Shown: piece by piece, positions 1 through 8,687 of the stretch | Layout: every line of letters begins with the position of its first letter | Position numbering within the stretch: the first letter of the stretch is position 1 | Source: Minisyncoccota bacterium | Lineage (GTDB): Bacteria > Patescibacteriota > Minisyncoccia > JBAYJV01 | Direction: 5' to 3' | Length of the DNA: 64,000 nucleotides | Assembly: GCA_041664925.1 (NCBI GenBank) | Contig: JBAYJV010000002.1 | Span: 8,302 to 72,301 of the forward strand | Position numbers and translations under genes: made by a program | Notes under the pieces: generated by a model | What the model was told of the DNA's origin: nothing | Databases searched by the model: none | Seen by the model: only the letters and a program-made list of their open reading frames with translations

Positions 1-159
1 CTCATTCACAGCAAAGATGACAAAGTTGTTTCGTTTAAAGATTTTGAAAAATACAAAAAAGATCTGCCCATGGCAGAAACTATGATTTTTGAAGATCGAG
101 GCCATTTTGATCAACCCGAATTTCCTGAAGTTGTTGGGAAAATTAAAGAAATAGTTTAA
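1..159 (+). CDS. C-terminal fragment of an alpha/beta-hydrolase-like protein (5' partial, runs off window start)
   Basis: Frame 1 is open from nt 1 to TAA at 157-159 and translates to ...HSKDDKVVSFKDFEKYKKDLPMAETMIFEDRGHFDQPEFPEVVGKIKEIV*. The tail with conserved H is typical of alpha/beta-hydrolase C-termini. Confidence 0.4.
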   Translation, partial: LIHSKDDKVVSFKDFEKYKKDLPMAETMIFEDRGHFDQPEFPEVVGKIKEIV

Positions 160-161
160 AA

Positions 162-785
162 ATGAACATAAAAATCGCTCTTTCAATTCTCTCATCTGTA
201 ATAGGAATTGTAGCTTTCCTTCCGTACATCTCTGATGTAATTAAAAAAAAGACGCGACCACATATATTTACATGGTTGATTTCTTCTATTACTCAAGGAA
301 CGGCAACTGCCGGCATTTGGTATGGAAAAGGAGGAACAGGGGCGATAGCTTTAACGATTGGAACTTTTTTTGTAATATTAGTATTCTTTTTATCTCTTCG
401 TAATGGGAAAAAAGACATAGCTCGCATAGACATCGCCTTTCTTGCTATTGCTCTTGGTGCTATCTTTATTTGGTGGTTATTGGATTTACCAGTATTATCT
501 ATTTTTTTAGTGACTGGCATTAGAATAATTGGATATGTCCCAACATTCAGAAAGTCATATAAAAATCCTTGGATTGAAACGATTTTTGCTTGGGGAACTT
601 GGGCTATTGGCGATATTTTGATAATTCTTGCCTTAGAACAATATAATTTATTGACTCTAGCATTTGTTTCTATGCTTACTATGGTAAATGGAGGAATGTT
701 CATACTTCTTTTAGTAAGAAGAAAAAAAGTTCCGATTAATCAATCCGAATTTCCTGAAATTGTTGAAAAAATTAAGAAAGTTTAA
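162..785 (+). CDS. Polytopic membrane protein (6-7 predicted TM helices), function unknown. Its last 13 aa are encoded by a diverged duplicate of the upstream gene's 3' end.
   Basis: 207-aa ORF, strongly hydrophobic with TM-like segments. The C-terminus SEFPEIVEKIKKV mirrors the upstream EFPEVVGKIKEIV. Confidence 0.55.
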   Translation: MNIKIALSILSSVIGIVAFLPYISDVIKKKTRPHIFTWLISSITQGTATAGIWYGKGGTGAIALTIGTFFVILVFFLSLRNGKKDIARIDIAFLAIALGAIFIWWLLDLPVLSIFLVTGIRIIGYVPTFRKSYKNPWIETIFAWGTWAIGDILIILALEQYNLLTLAFVSMLTMVNGGMFILLLVRRKKVPINQSEFPEIVEKIKKV

Positions 786-791
786 AATTTT

Positions 792-1535
792 ATGGAGAAG
801 ATTTTAATTTTCATAGTCTTAGCGGCACTAACCTTTGTCAATGTTATTATACCGATTTCTGGCTCTGCGACGACTACACCATTGCTTGCTATAATAACTG
901 ATCCGCACAACGCAATTGGCTTGGCATCTTTTTATTTTGTTTTAAGTGGAATTGTAAGGATATTCGTTTTTAGGAAACATATTCAATGGAAATATATAAA
1001 GAGTTTATTGCCGATATCTGTTCTGGGGGCGATTTTCGGAGCACTATCACTAGTTGAAATAAATACGAATGTACTCTTGATAATTATCTTGCTGTTTCTT
1101 GTGTATTTTGTTTATAAAAAAATACGCGAGATTATCAATAAAAATATAAAAGAAAAGAAAATACACAAATTGACATTCTGGATTGTTGGATTATTTTCTG
1201 GCTTTCTTCAAGGATTTGGGCTTGCCGGCTCTGATTTAAGAAATGGATACTTATATTCAGAAAAGCTGACGATTATTGATGTTCAAGGCACGACTGCTTT
1301 TATTGGTACCGCTAACTTTCTTATAGCAACTATCGTTAGGCTATTTACCAATCAGGTGAGGCTAGTAGATTTATCAATATTGATATATTTGTTACCGTTT
1401 ATAATAATCGCAACTTACATTGGGAAGAAAGTATTATTAAAGATTAATAAAAAATATACTAATTATCTGATATTGGTAATTATGATTTTAATGATTGTTT
1501 TGTTGGTACTTAAGATGTTAGGAATAAAAGTATAA
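792..1535 (+). CDS. TSUP/TauE-SafE family (DUF81) membrane transporter-like protein
   Basis: 247 aa with 7-8 hydrophobic helices and an internal charged loop. Gly-rich helix ends (GAIFGAL, GFGLAGS) are typical of 'probable membrane transporter' TSUP proteins. Confidence 0.55.
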   Translation: MEKILIFIVLAALTFVNVIIPISGSATTTPLLAIITDPHNAIGLASFYFVLSGIVRIFVFRKHIQWKYIKSLLPISVLGAIFGALSLVEINTNVLLIIILLFLVYFVYKKIREIINKNIKEKKIHKLTFWIVGLFSGFLQGFGLAGSDLRNGYLYSEKLTIIDVQGTTAFIGTANFLIATIVRLFTNQVRLVDLSILIYLLPFIIIATYIGKKVLLKINKKYTNYLILVIMILMIVLLVLKMLGIKV

Positions 1536-1581
1536 ATTGATATATTTACGGAAGTCGGACTTCCGTTACATTAAGAAAAAT

Positions 1582-2418
1582 ATGGCAAAAAATAATAAAA
1601 AACAAATAGCGATTTTTGAAGGCAAGAAAATTAGGCGAATTTGGGATGAAAAAAAAGAACTTTGGTATTTTTCGGTAGTGGATATTGTTGATGCGTTAAA
1701 CGCGAGCAAAAACCCAAGAAATTATTGGAAAGTACTCAAAAACCGCTTAAAACATGAAGGAAGTGAGGTGGTTACAAAATGTAACCAACTGAAAATGCAA
1801 GCCGTTGATGGTAAGTTTTATCTGACCGACTCTGCTGATACAGAAACAATGTTTAGAATTATTCAGTCAATTCCATCACCCAAAGCCGAACCATTTAAGC
1901 TTTGGTTAGCACGAGTTGGTTATGAAAGAATCGAAGAAATAAACGATCCGGAAAGGGCGCTTAATCGCAGTCGAAATTATTGGCAAAGAATGGGACGAAG
2001 TCAAAAATGGATTCAGCAAAGAATGATGGGACAAGAAATCAGAAATAAGCTGACGGATTATTGGAAAGACAACGAAGTTAAGAAACAGGACGAATATGCG
2101 ATTTTAACCAATATTATTCACGAGGAATGGAGTGATTTGTCGGTAAAAGAACATAAAAATTTAAAAAGATTAAAGACAGAAAATTTGCGCGATCATATGA
2201 CAGATGCGGAATTGGTATTTACGGCATTGGCGGAACTTTCTACTCGTCAGATTGCGGAAACCATGGAAACTAGGGGACTGGAAGAGAATAAAATACCAGC
2301 TAAGAAGGGTGGTCGCGTTGCCAAAAATGCGCGCTTGGAATTGGAGCAAAAAACTGGCAAAAAAATAGTTTCAGGAGAAAATTTTAAATTTCCAATTTCA
2401 AGAAAGCGATTACGATAA
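1582..2418 (+). CDS. DinD-like DNA-damage-inducible protein (Bro-N domain family)
   Basis: From [14 protein letters not shown]... The protein resembles E. coli DinD: N-terminal Bro-N-like segment ([37 protein letters not shown]) and C-terminal region (...NIIHEEWS...[20 protein letters not shown]...). The ORF-track start at 1537 overlaps a hairpin, so the internal ATG at 1582 is preferred. Confidence 0.55.
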   Translation: MAKNNKKQIAIFEGKKIRRIWDEKKELWYFSVVDIVDALNASKNPRNYWKVLKNRLKHEGSEVVTKCNQLKMQAVDGKFYLTDSADTETMFRIIQSIPSPKAEPFKLWLARVGYERIEEINDPERALNRSRNYWQRMGRSQKWIQQRMMGQEIRNKLTDYWKDNEVKKQDEYAILTNIIHEEWSDLSVKEHKNLKRLKTENLRDHMTDAELVFTALAELSTRQIAETMETRGLEENKIPAKKGGRVAKNARLELEQKTGKKIVSGENFKFPISRKRLR

Positions 2419-2489
2419 TAAAGAAATCGGAGGCTAAGCCTCAGATTTTACATAACTGGCGTGAAGATTTTAAGGAAAATAAAAGAATT

Positions 2490-2921
2490 ATGAAAATATT
2501 ATTTGTTTGTAGAGGAAATGTTGGAAGAAGCCAAATAGCGGAAGCGCTTTTTAATAAAGAAACTAATGGCGAAATTGAAGCTATTTCTGCGGGAACAAAA
2601 CTTAGCGGACCAGAACAGCCAATCGGAAAAATTACAGCAGATGTTAAAAATGTGTTTGAGGTAATGAAAGAAGATGGTTTGGATATTTCAAAGAATATTC
2701 GCAAACAACTGACAAAAGAAATGGCCGATAGCGCAGATAAAATAATTTTTACTGTGGACGAAAGAGATCCGATTCCTGATTATTTAATTGGAAATCCGAA
2801 AGTTATAAAATGGCATGTTATAGATCCAAAGGGCCAATCTCTTGAATTCACCCGAAAATCAAGAGATCAAATAAAAGAACTTATTAAAGATTTGATTAAG
2901 GATATAAATAGAAATTTATAA
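2490..2921 (+). CDS. Low-molecular-weight protein-tyrosine phosphatase / ArsC-family arsenate reductase
   Basis: N-terminal P-loop MKILFVCRGNVGRSQIAEALF (C-X5-R-S signature). Size is 143 aa. Confidence 0.75.
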   Translation: MKILFVCRGNVGRSQIAEALFNKETNGEIEAISAGTKLSGPEQPIGKITADVKNVFEVMKEDGLDISKNIRKQLTKEMADSADKIIFTVDERDPIPDYLIGNPKVIKWHVIDPKGQSLEFTRKSRDQIKELIKDLIKDINRNL

Positions 2922-2944
2922 TAGAATCTTAGAAAAGGAAAAAA

Positions 2945-4234
2945 ATGTCATCTAACTACAATGCAAAATTAATAGCTGATCTTTATGCAACTAGCGATTG
3001 GAAAAGGGCAATCCGTCTTTCTGATGAAATGGTTGAGATTGGCGATAATATATTCCCAAGACAGATATACGAAGCCTACAAAAAATTCCAGAATACTACG
3101 ATTTCTCATTATTTCGTGTCTGACCTTACAAGCTTTAAAACTAGCGATGCTATCGAAATATTGAAAGAAATAGCGCATAAAACCAGCAGATCAGCCGATA
3201 TTTCTATGATGGTGGACTATTTTATTGATATCGGATATTTTGAGTCAGAGATTGTCGTCAAGGTAAAAAACTTATTTCGTGCAGACATGAACTCAAAAGA
3301 TATTCGAGGATATGACATAGAAACATATTCTGCTTATCTCAAAAAAGCAGACAAAGAGACGAGTAATCTGGAATTATTTTTACGGGAATGTTTTGAGGAT
3401 GAAGAACAAGAAATTGATGCAAGGAAAACAGCGCTCGAAGAACTTTTAAAGTTAAAACCAAAAGAATATATTAATTTTTATTACGATAAATACGATTCTA
3501 TTAAGGGAAAGAAAACGGAAAATATTTTTGTAGAACAAATTTCTACCTGGCACGGAGGAATTGTACCCAAACTTCATCAGAAAATACTCGAAATCGGATC
3601 TGAAAGAGCTAAAGAAATATTACAGAATGAACAATCTAGAATAAAAAAAGAAAAACAATCTGAAGAGATGAAAGAACAAGAGGAAATAAAGAGGCAGTAC
3701 GAAACCGCAGACGTGCTTCACGATATAGGAAAATTAAGATTAAACATAAATAAAACTAGTATTGCTGACGAGAGATTTGGGTTCTCTTTTTTCTCACAAT
3801 CAGAAGAAATTTATCAACAAGTGAAACCGGCAAAGACCAAAAATGAATTCGTTGGTTGTTGTATTGTATTACGATCTTTTCTTAATGATTTTGATAAGCA
3901 AATTACAGAATTAAAAATTTCTGAAGAAAGGGGCAAAGAAATATTGCCCAACATAGAGAAATTTAGTGGAAACATAAACAAATTTCATTTTATGCTTAAA
4001 GAAAAAGGCTTAAATATTGACCAAGATATTTTTGGTCTCAGAAACATAAATTGCATTGTTTCAAAATTCGCTCATCCTGGTAAAAAAACTAATCTTGAAA
4101 TTAATAAGATTCTTAAAAAAGAAGTCTTATTGTTTAAGTATTATAAAGAAAATAACTGGTCAGCGCTGCACAGGGAGGTTTTGTTAAAATACAAAAAAGT
4201 ATTAGAGGAATTAATGAAGGTCATGGCAATGTAA
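2945..4234 (+). CDS. Hypothetical protein (429 aa, Lys/Glu-rich, predicted soluble)
   Basis: Long uninterrupted ORF in the local coding frame. No recognisable motif. Confidence 0.55.
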   Translation: MSSNYNAKLIADLYATSDWKRAIRLSDEMVEIGDNIFPRQIYEAYKKFQNTTISHYFVSDLTSFKTSDAIEILKEIAHKTSRSADISMMVDYFIDIGYFESEIVVKVKNLFRADMNSKDIRGYDIETYSAYLKKADKETSNLELFLRECFEDEEQEIDARKTALEELLKLKPKEYINFYYDKYDSIKGKKTENIFVEQISTWHGGIVPKLHQKILEIGSERAKEILQNEQSRIKKEKQSEEMKEQEEIKRQYETADVLHDIGKLRLNINKTSIADERFGFSFFSQSEEIYQQVKPAKTKNEFVGCCIVLRSFLNDFDKQITELKISEERGKEILPNIEKFSGNINKFHFMLKEKGLNIDQDIFGLRNINCIVSKFAHPGKKTNLEINKILKKEVLLFKYYKENNWSALHREVLLKYKKVLEELMKVMAM

Positions 4235-4271
4235 CTAATAATTTTATGCCATTGTTTTAGGATTCAAGTTT

Positions 4272-4823
4272 ATGACTCTAAAAAACATTATTGAAAAGAG
4301 GAGGAGTGTTAGGAAATTTAAAGCGGATGAGAAAGTTCCGAAAGATTTGATTAATGAATTGATTGATGCTGCTCGGTTGGCACCGTCAGCTTGCAATGCC
4401 CAACCTTCCAGATTTATTTTAATCGAAGACGACAAAACAAAAGAATTACTCAAGGAAAATAACATTTTCAGGCAAGCGTTTGTTTATGAAGCACCGTTAA
4501 TTATTGTTTGTCTTGGCGATGCGAGCGTGTTTCCCAAAGAAAGATTAGAGAAAAATTATGGCAGTTTTGATGAAGAAGTTTTGGGAGATGTGGGGGCAAT
4601 CAGAGATGTGGCTATCGCCACGCAAAATTTGGTTTTAATGGCGACAGAATTGGGATTGGGAACTTGTTATATTGGACTCGTAGATCGAAAGAAAATAAAA
4701 GAAATCTTGGAAATTCCTCAAAACTATGTTTTGCCATTTGTGATTATCACGGGCTATCCGGCCGAAGAACCTAAATCCTCGCCAAGAAAAAGCGTAAAAG
4801 AAGTTATTATTAAAAATTTATGA
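4272..4823 (+). CDS. Nitroreductase-family protein
   Basis: EKRRSVRKF...LIDAARLAPSACNAQP signature of the NADH/flavin nitroreductase fold. Size is 183 aa. Confidence 0.8.
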   Translation: MTLKNIIEKRRSVRKFKADEKVPKDLINELIDAARLAPSACNAQPSRFILIEDDKTKELLKENNIFRQAFVYEAPLIIVCLGDASVFPKERLEKNYGSFDEEVLGDVGAIRDVAIATQNLVLMATELGLGTCYIGLVDRKKIKEILEIPQNYVLPFVIITGYPAEEPKSSPRKSVKEVIIKNL

Positions 4824-5518
4824 AAATATTTATTACCGGCAGTTCCGGTTATATCGGAAGCGAATTAATTAATTATTTAGGCGAGAAGCACGAAATCATT
4901 GAATATGACTTGGCTTTGAGACAAGACATTTTGGATTATGAAAAATTAAAAGAAGCGATGAAAGGTTGCGATATTGTAGTTCATTTGGCTGCTATTCGCG
5001 GACCTGACGAAACCAAAACATTTTCCGATTATTTTAAAGTTAATTGCCAAGGCACTTTTAATGTTGTAAACGCTGCGATTGAAAATAATATAAGAAGAAT
5101 GGTTTATGCCAGCTCAACCGGTTATTATGGACTAGAAAGAGGCGTGCCTTATATAAAGCCGATTAAAGAATCAAATTCTATCATCACTCAACATCTTAAA
5201 GCTGAGGATTTAAATTGCCGAGATTGCGATGTTGCCTATTCAACGAGCAAAGTTATTGCCGAACAAATTCTTGCCAATTATGGGTTAAGAAAGAAAATAG
5301 AAGTGATAATTTTAAGATTAGGTCCGATTGGAGGGAAAAAGGGCGAAAGTTGGGGAATTGATGGAATTAAATTAAAAATGGGGAATGCTTTGCAGGCTCT
5401 TGAAGAAGCGATTACGACCGATAAAAAATTATGGTACGAGGCGTTTACGATTACCGATGAATCAGAAAATGTTGATCTTACTAAAGCTAAAGATATTTTA
5501 GGATACAAGCCAGTTTAA
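4820..5518 (+). CDS. NAD-dependent epimerase/dehydratase (SDR family)
   Basis: MKIFITGSSGYIGSEL Rossmann GxxGxxG start and YxxxK-like active-site region (YSTSK). The ATG overlaps the upstream TGA (ATGA). Confidence 0.75.
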   Translation: MKIFITGSSGYIGSELINYLGEKHEIIEYDLALRQDILDYEKLKEAMKGCDIVVHLAAIRGPDETKTFSDYFKVNCQGTFNVVNAAIENNIRRMVYASSTGYYGLERGVPYIKPIKESNSIITQHLKAEDLNCRDCDVAYSTSKVIAEQILANYGLRKKIEVIILRLGPIGGKKGESWGIDGIKLKMGNALQALEEAITTDKKLWYEAFTITDESENVDLTKAKDILGYKPV

Positions 5519-5715
5519 AAATTTATCGAAGTAAAAATTTATCGAAGTCGGACTTCGATAAATTTGGCTGTTGAGGTCTGACCTCAACACTATAAGAAAA
5601 AGCGTAAAAGAGATTATTATTAAAAATTAATGTGCGGAGGTTCGTTCTTCGCACTTTTTATTTTTATAATATTTTTTTGTGGTAAAATAGAATATTAACT
5701 TGGTAATTTAAAAAT

Positions 5716-6321
5716 ATGTTTTTAACGAATAATAGTTTTTTCCATTTCCTTTTTTTTCTTATAGTTGCAATAGCAATTCTGATTTTGATAGCGCTGAAAT
5801 TATTGGTATTTTTTAAAATATCGAAACGATTTGACAAAACAATTCTTTTTAAAAAGATAGCAATATTTTTCTTTTTATATGAGGCATTATATTTTCTTTT
5901 CGTTTTAATCTATCCAACAGATATAAATTTTATCTTTAATCATTCTTCCGCCACAGTTCTTCTTTCTTCAATACCACTAATCCTTGTGTCATGCTTATTT
6001 TTCTTTTTAATCAATCGCTTTATGAAATTATTCAATCTCAAAAAAGCAATTGCAGTTTTTCTTTTAATGTTTTTTATCGCTACCCCTATTCTTTCTGTGG
6101 TCATTGGAAAAATTGCTACGACAATAAATTTTAAAATAGCAACAGGACATAATTTATCTTTAAGCGATGGGTCGTCTCTTTTTATTTTAGATCCATTGTT
6201 ATACCCTCCTTTCGGATCCTATCAAACTACTGCTCTTATAATTAGAAAAATTGGAGATAGCTTGGGAGAAGGCGCTGTAATTAAGGACATACTAATGGGT
6301 ATTTTTGCTAGTACGGAGTGA
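5716..6321 (+). CDS. Hypothetical integral membrane protein
   Basis: 201 aa, Phe/Leu/Ile-rich with several TM segments. A TTG..TAAAAT-like promoter lies upstream (5672-5700). Confidence 0.45.
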   Translation: MFLTNNSFFHFLFFLIVAIAILILIALKLLVFFKISKRFDKTILFKKIAIFFFLYEALYFLFVLIYPTDINFIFNHSSATVLLSSIPLILVSCLFFFLINRFMKLFNLKKAIAVFLLMFFIATPILSVVIGKIATTINFKIATGHNLSLSDGSSLFILDPLLYPPFGSYQTTALIIRKIGDSLGEGAVIKDILMGIFASTE

Positions 6322-6445
6322 TATCTGAAACAATAGAGGCAGACTTGGGACTTTTTTGTATATTTATACAAAATTTACGGAGGACGGACCTCCGTAAATT
6401 AAAAAAATCTCCCGCAACTTTATGCGGGAGTGATTTTCTATATTT

Positions 6446-7228
6446 CTAAGTACTAGTAAGAGCTTGAGAGAACATTTGAGAAGCTCTAATAACGTAGGTT
6501 TTCGTTGCTTCTATGTCGAGATCATATTCGGCATTGCGAAGGCGTCCCTGAGCATCAATGCTCAACTCAGGGAATTCTTCGACAAGTGGTTGGACAAGAC
6601 CAAGGGAATCAGGTCCTAGTCCGCCAGCGACGCCAAGACCAATATGCCAGTTTTGCCTTTTGATCTCACGAAGGATTTCACGCGCTCGTTCAGTGTCAAA
6701 GGGCTTACCGAGACCGCCACTTGGATCGAGCAAAATATCATTAATGAGATTAGCGTCAATGTAAGGACTAAGCCTTTCTACGATGCCCTGTGGCCCGCCA
6801 GCGGTTTCAATAGCTTTTTGTCCAATCTGCAACACAATTCGTGGAACAAATCCAACGTATTCTCGATACTGTTTCATCATTCGAATATCTGGCCATGCAA
6901 GATTGAGCTGGAAACCACCAAAATTTGATCCGGCAAGTCCTCCAATACCAAGTAAATCAGCGAGAACTGAATCTTCTCGACCTTCTTCGGTGCTGAAATG
7001 AACAAGATTTACTACTCGTTTGTCGGCTAGAAAAATAGGATTCATTACTGGCGGATCTGGCATTTGCTTTGCCCATTGGGGTTTTGTATTAATGCCACGG
7101 ATTGATTTCCATGTAACAAGCACGCCGACCATCAATTTGCGATTACCGTTTTCTGGCAATACGCTCAGCGCAGCCCTCACTTCGCTTGGTTTTGTGATGC
7201 CCGTGATCCCAATGTACGGTTTTCTCAT
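6446..7228 (-). CDS. TIM-barrel-like protein, possibly phosphoribosylanthranilate-isomerase-like; higher-GC cassette gene
   Basis: 260 aa with IGITGI.., LMVGVLV and DPSGGLGKPFD motifs reminiscent of PRAI/TrpF (GGTGxxFDW). Preceded by the conserved leader and SD (7229-7290). Followed by hairpin + T-run terminator (6399-6440). Confidence 0.45.
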   Translation of the reverse strand: MRKPYIGITGITKPSEVRAALSVLPENGNRKLMVGVLVTWKSIRGINTKPQWAKQMPDPPVMNPIFLADKRVVNLVHFSTEEGREDSVLADLLGIGGLAGSNFGGFQLNLAWPDIRMMKQYREYVGFVPRIVLQIGQKAIETAGGPQGIVERLSPYIDANLINDILLDPSGGLGKPFDTERAREILREIKRQNWHIGLGVAGGLGPDSLGLVQPLVEEFPELSIDAQGRLRNAEYDLDIEATKTYVIRASQMFSQALTST

Positions 7229-7290
7229 TTATCCTCCCTTAGAGATTTTTAACGAACTTTAGTGAGTTTAAAAGCTCTTAGGTCCCGGTT
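7229..7290 (-). promoter_or_regulatory. Conserved ~55-nt 5' leader, instance a (serves 6446-7228)
   Basis: mRNA sense: CCTAAGAGCTTTTAAACTCACTAAAGTTCGTTAAAAATCTCTAAGGGAGGATAA-ATG. Confidence 0.5.
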
Positions 7291-7364
7291 TGCCGGGACT
7301 GTATTTTTATTTATTTTTTAAGAACTGTTTTTATCCTAACAAATTATTGCAAAAAGTCAAGGAC

Positions 7365-7393
7365 ATATGTGGGAGGCTCAGCCTCCCACATAT
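7365..7393. repeat. Extended GGAGG-loop-CCTCC palindrome (ATATGTGGGAGGCTCAGCCTCCCACATAT), left flank of small-membrane-gene cassette
   Basis: Counterpart ATATGTTGGAGGTGAGACCTCCAACATAT at 7871-7899 on the right flank. Same family at 20978-21005, 21049-21079, 21130-21158, 6366-6386, 44221-44245 and elsewhere. Confidence 0.5.
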
Positions 7394-7550
7394 TTTTGTT
7401 GACATTTATGATATTGGATGGTAGGATTTAGAAAGGAAGAAGTCCCGATAGGCCCTGCCTACCGGCAGGCAGGCGGGAGAAGATTGGGCTTTGGGGGGAG
7501 CAGGGTCCGCCTTCGCAATGCCTGCCTATCGGCAGACAGGGCTTCGGCGG

Positions 7551-7610
7551 GACTTAAGATTTCTTAAGTCTCATCGAGTTCGACAAAGAAATCTAAAGGA
7601 GGATGATAGA
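7551..7610 (+). promoter_or_regulatory. Conserved leader instance c (serves 7611-7859)
   Basis: GACTTAAGATTTCTTAAGTCTCATCGAGTTCGACAAAGAAATCTAAAGGAGGATGATAGA-ATG. Confidence 0.45.
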
Positions 7611-7859
7611 ATGTTCGAGATGGTTTTTGTCATGTGGCTACAGTTAGCACTTGGTCTTTATGTATTGGGATGGATGTTTTATGTTATCTTAAGATTGGTT
7701 GGCGCTATTGCGCCTTGTCCTAGCCTTGGAATAGTGAATGACCTCGTATTGTTTTCTGCGTTGTCACTTTCAATTCTCTTAGTAGTTCTTTCTTTAATTT
7801 GGTGCAGAATCATAGAGCCCATAATTGAATGGCGCGATAGAAAAAAGCATCAATACTAA
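7611..7859 (+). CDS. Small membrane protein (82 aa, 2 TM)
   Basis: An internal ATG 6 nt after AAGGAGG is preferred over the 7491 start, which overlaps a repeat hairpin. The conserved leader lies upstream. Confidence 0.5.
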   Translation: MFEMVFVMWLQLALGLYVLGWMFYVILRLVGAIAPCPSLGIVNDLVLFSALSLSILLVVLSLIWCRIIEPIIEWRDRKKHQY

Positions 7860-7974
7860 GCCTAGTCAATATATGTTGGAGGTGAGACCTCCAACATATT
7901 TTATTCTATTCTTGACTTTTTTTGGAAAAATAGTAGGATAAGGGAAGGAGGAAGTCCTTCGACTTTGCTCAGGA

Positions 7975-8029
7975 CCTAAGAGCTTTTAAGCTCACAAAAG
8001 TTCGCTAAAAATCTCTAAGGGAGGGCTGT
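7975..8029 (+). promoter_or_regulatory. Conserved leader instance b (serves 8030-8449); near-identical to instance a
   Basis: CCTAAGAGCTTTTAAGCTCACAAAAGTTCGCTAAAAATCTCTAAGGGAGGGCTGT-ATG. Confidence 0.5.
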
Positions 8030-8449
8030 ATGGCGCGAGGAGTGAAGTGGTTCGGATTGACTCAGTTCGACGAAGTCATTGAGAAAAAAGATTTGGGAAA
8101 ACTTAGCATTGTTGCTTTAGCTGAAGGAAGAAAGATATTAGGAAGAAGCATACAAGGTTCTAATGTGTTTGGTATCCCAGTTGATAAGGATAACGTCATA
8201 TTTAGGTACATGAAGGGTGAAAAATTCGATGTTGTTATTCGGTACAGACGAGTTATTCGACAAGTTAGGTTAGTGGCACATGATCGTCTTAGTCTCTTTA
8301 GCGTTAGAAGCATGGCTCTAAAAGCACTTGGCAAGTCTTCTGAAATACTGGTTTTAGTCTTAGAAGATGATCAAGGAAGACGCATTTACATCAATTCTAA
8401 GTTTGCTATGTTATTTAGGCCATTACCTTCCGAAAAGAAAGCGAAATAG
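8030..8449 (+). CDS. Hypothetical protein (139 aa)
   Basis: ORF with the conserved leader CCTAAGAGCTTTTAAGCTCAC...TCTCTAAGGGAGG 6 nt upstream. A stem-loop + T-run terminator follows at 8466-8498. Confidence 0.5.
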   Translation: MARGVKWFGLTQFDEVIEKKDLGKLSIVALAEGRKILGRSIQGSNVFGIPVDKDNVIFRYMKGEKFDVVIRYRRVIRQVRLVAHDRLSLFSVRSMALKALGKSSEILVLVLEDDQGRRIYINSKFAMLFRPLPSEKKAK

Positions 8450-8597
8450 TTTTCAAGCAAATCAAGACTCGGCACAGACGCCGGGTCTTTTTTTTTATTG
8501 TTAATGTAATCCTCCTACGCTCCAACTAGCCGGAGCTTCGGAAGGATGTAAAACTTTCTAAAACTCAATCAATTCGTTAAGAAAGTTTAACAAACAC

Positions 8598-8626
8598 TTG
8601 ATTTTTGGATTGGAATGTGGTATAAT
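8598..8626 (+). promoter_or_regulatory. Sigma-70-like promoter TTGATT-N17-TATAAT
   Basis: CACTTGATTTTTGGATTGGAATGTGGTATAATGG, upstream of the 8688 gene. Confidence 0.45.
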
Positions 8627-8687
8627 GGATAGTGAAAGAGAGAGTTAGGGTTTTCATTCAAAAGTACTCAACCAACAAGGAGGAAAC

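Noticed and set aside
293-703. 136-aa minus-strand ORF antisense to the membrane-protein gene. Similar antisense ORFs occur at 2441-2704, 2969-3178, 5278-5508, 10473-10880, 10864-11272, 11269-11529 and elsewhere.
   Set aside because: Each lies fully inside a better-supported sense gene, has no RBS, and has odd composition. These are shadow ORFs.
6558-7262. Several plus-strand ORFs over the TIM-barrel gene. The same pattern occurs over GC-rich genes at 8718-9329, 48322-49108, 51376-52217 and 53617-54553.
   Set aside because: Overlapping shadow ORFs are expected in GC-rich DNA. The chosen strand has the SD, leader, signal peptide or domain motifs (PKD, lipobox).
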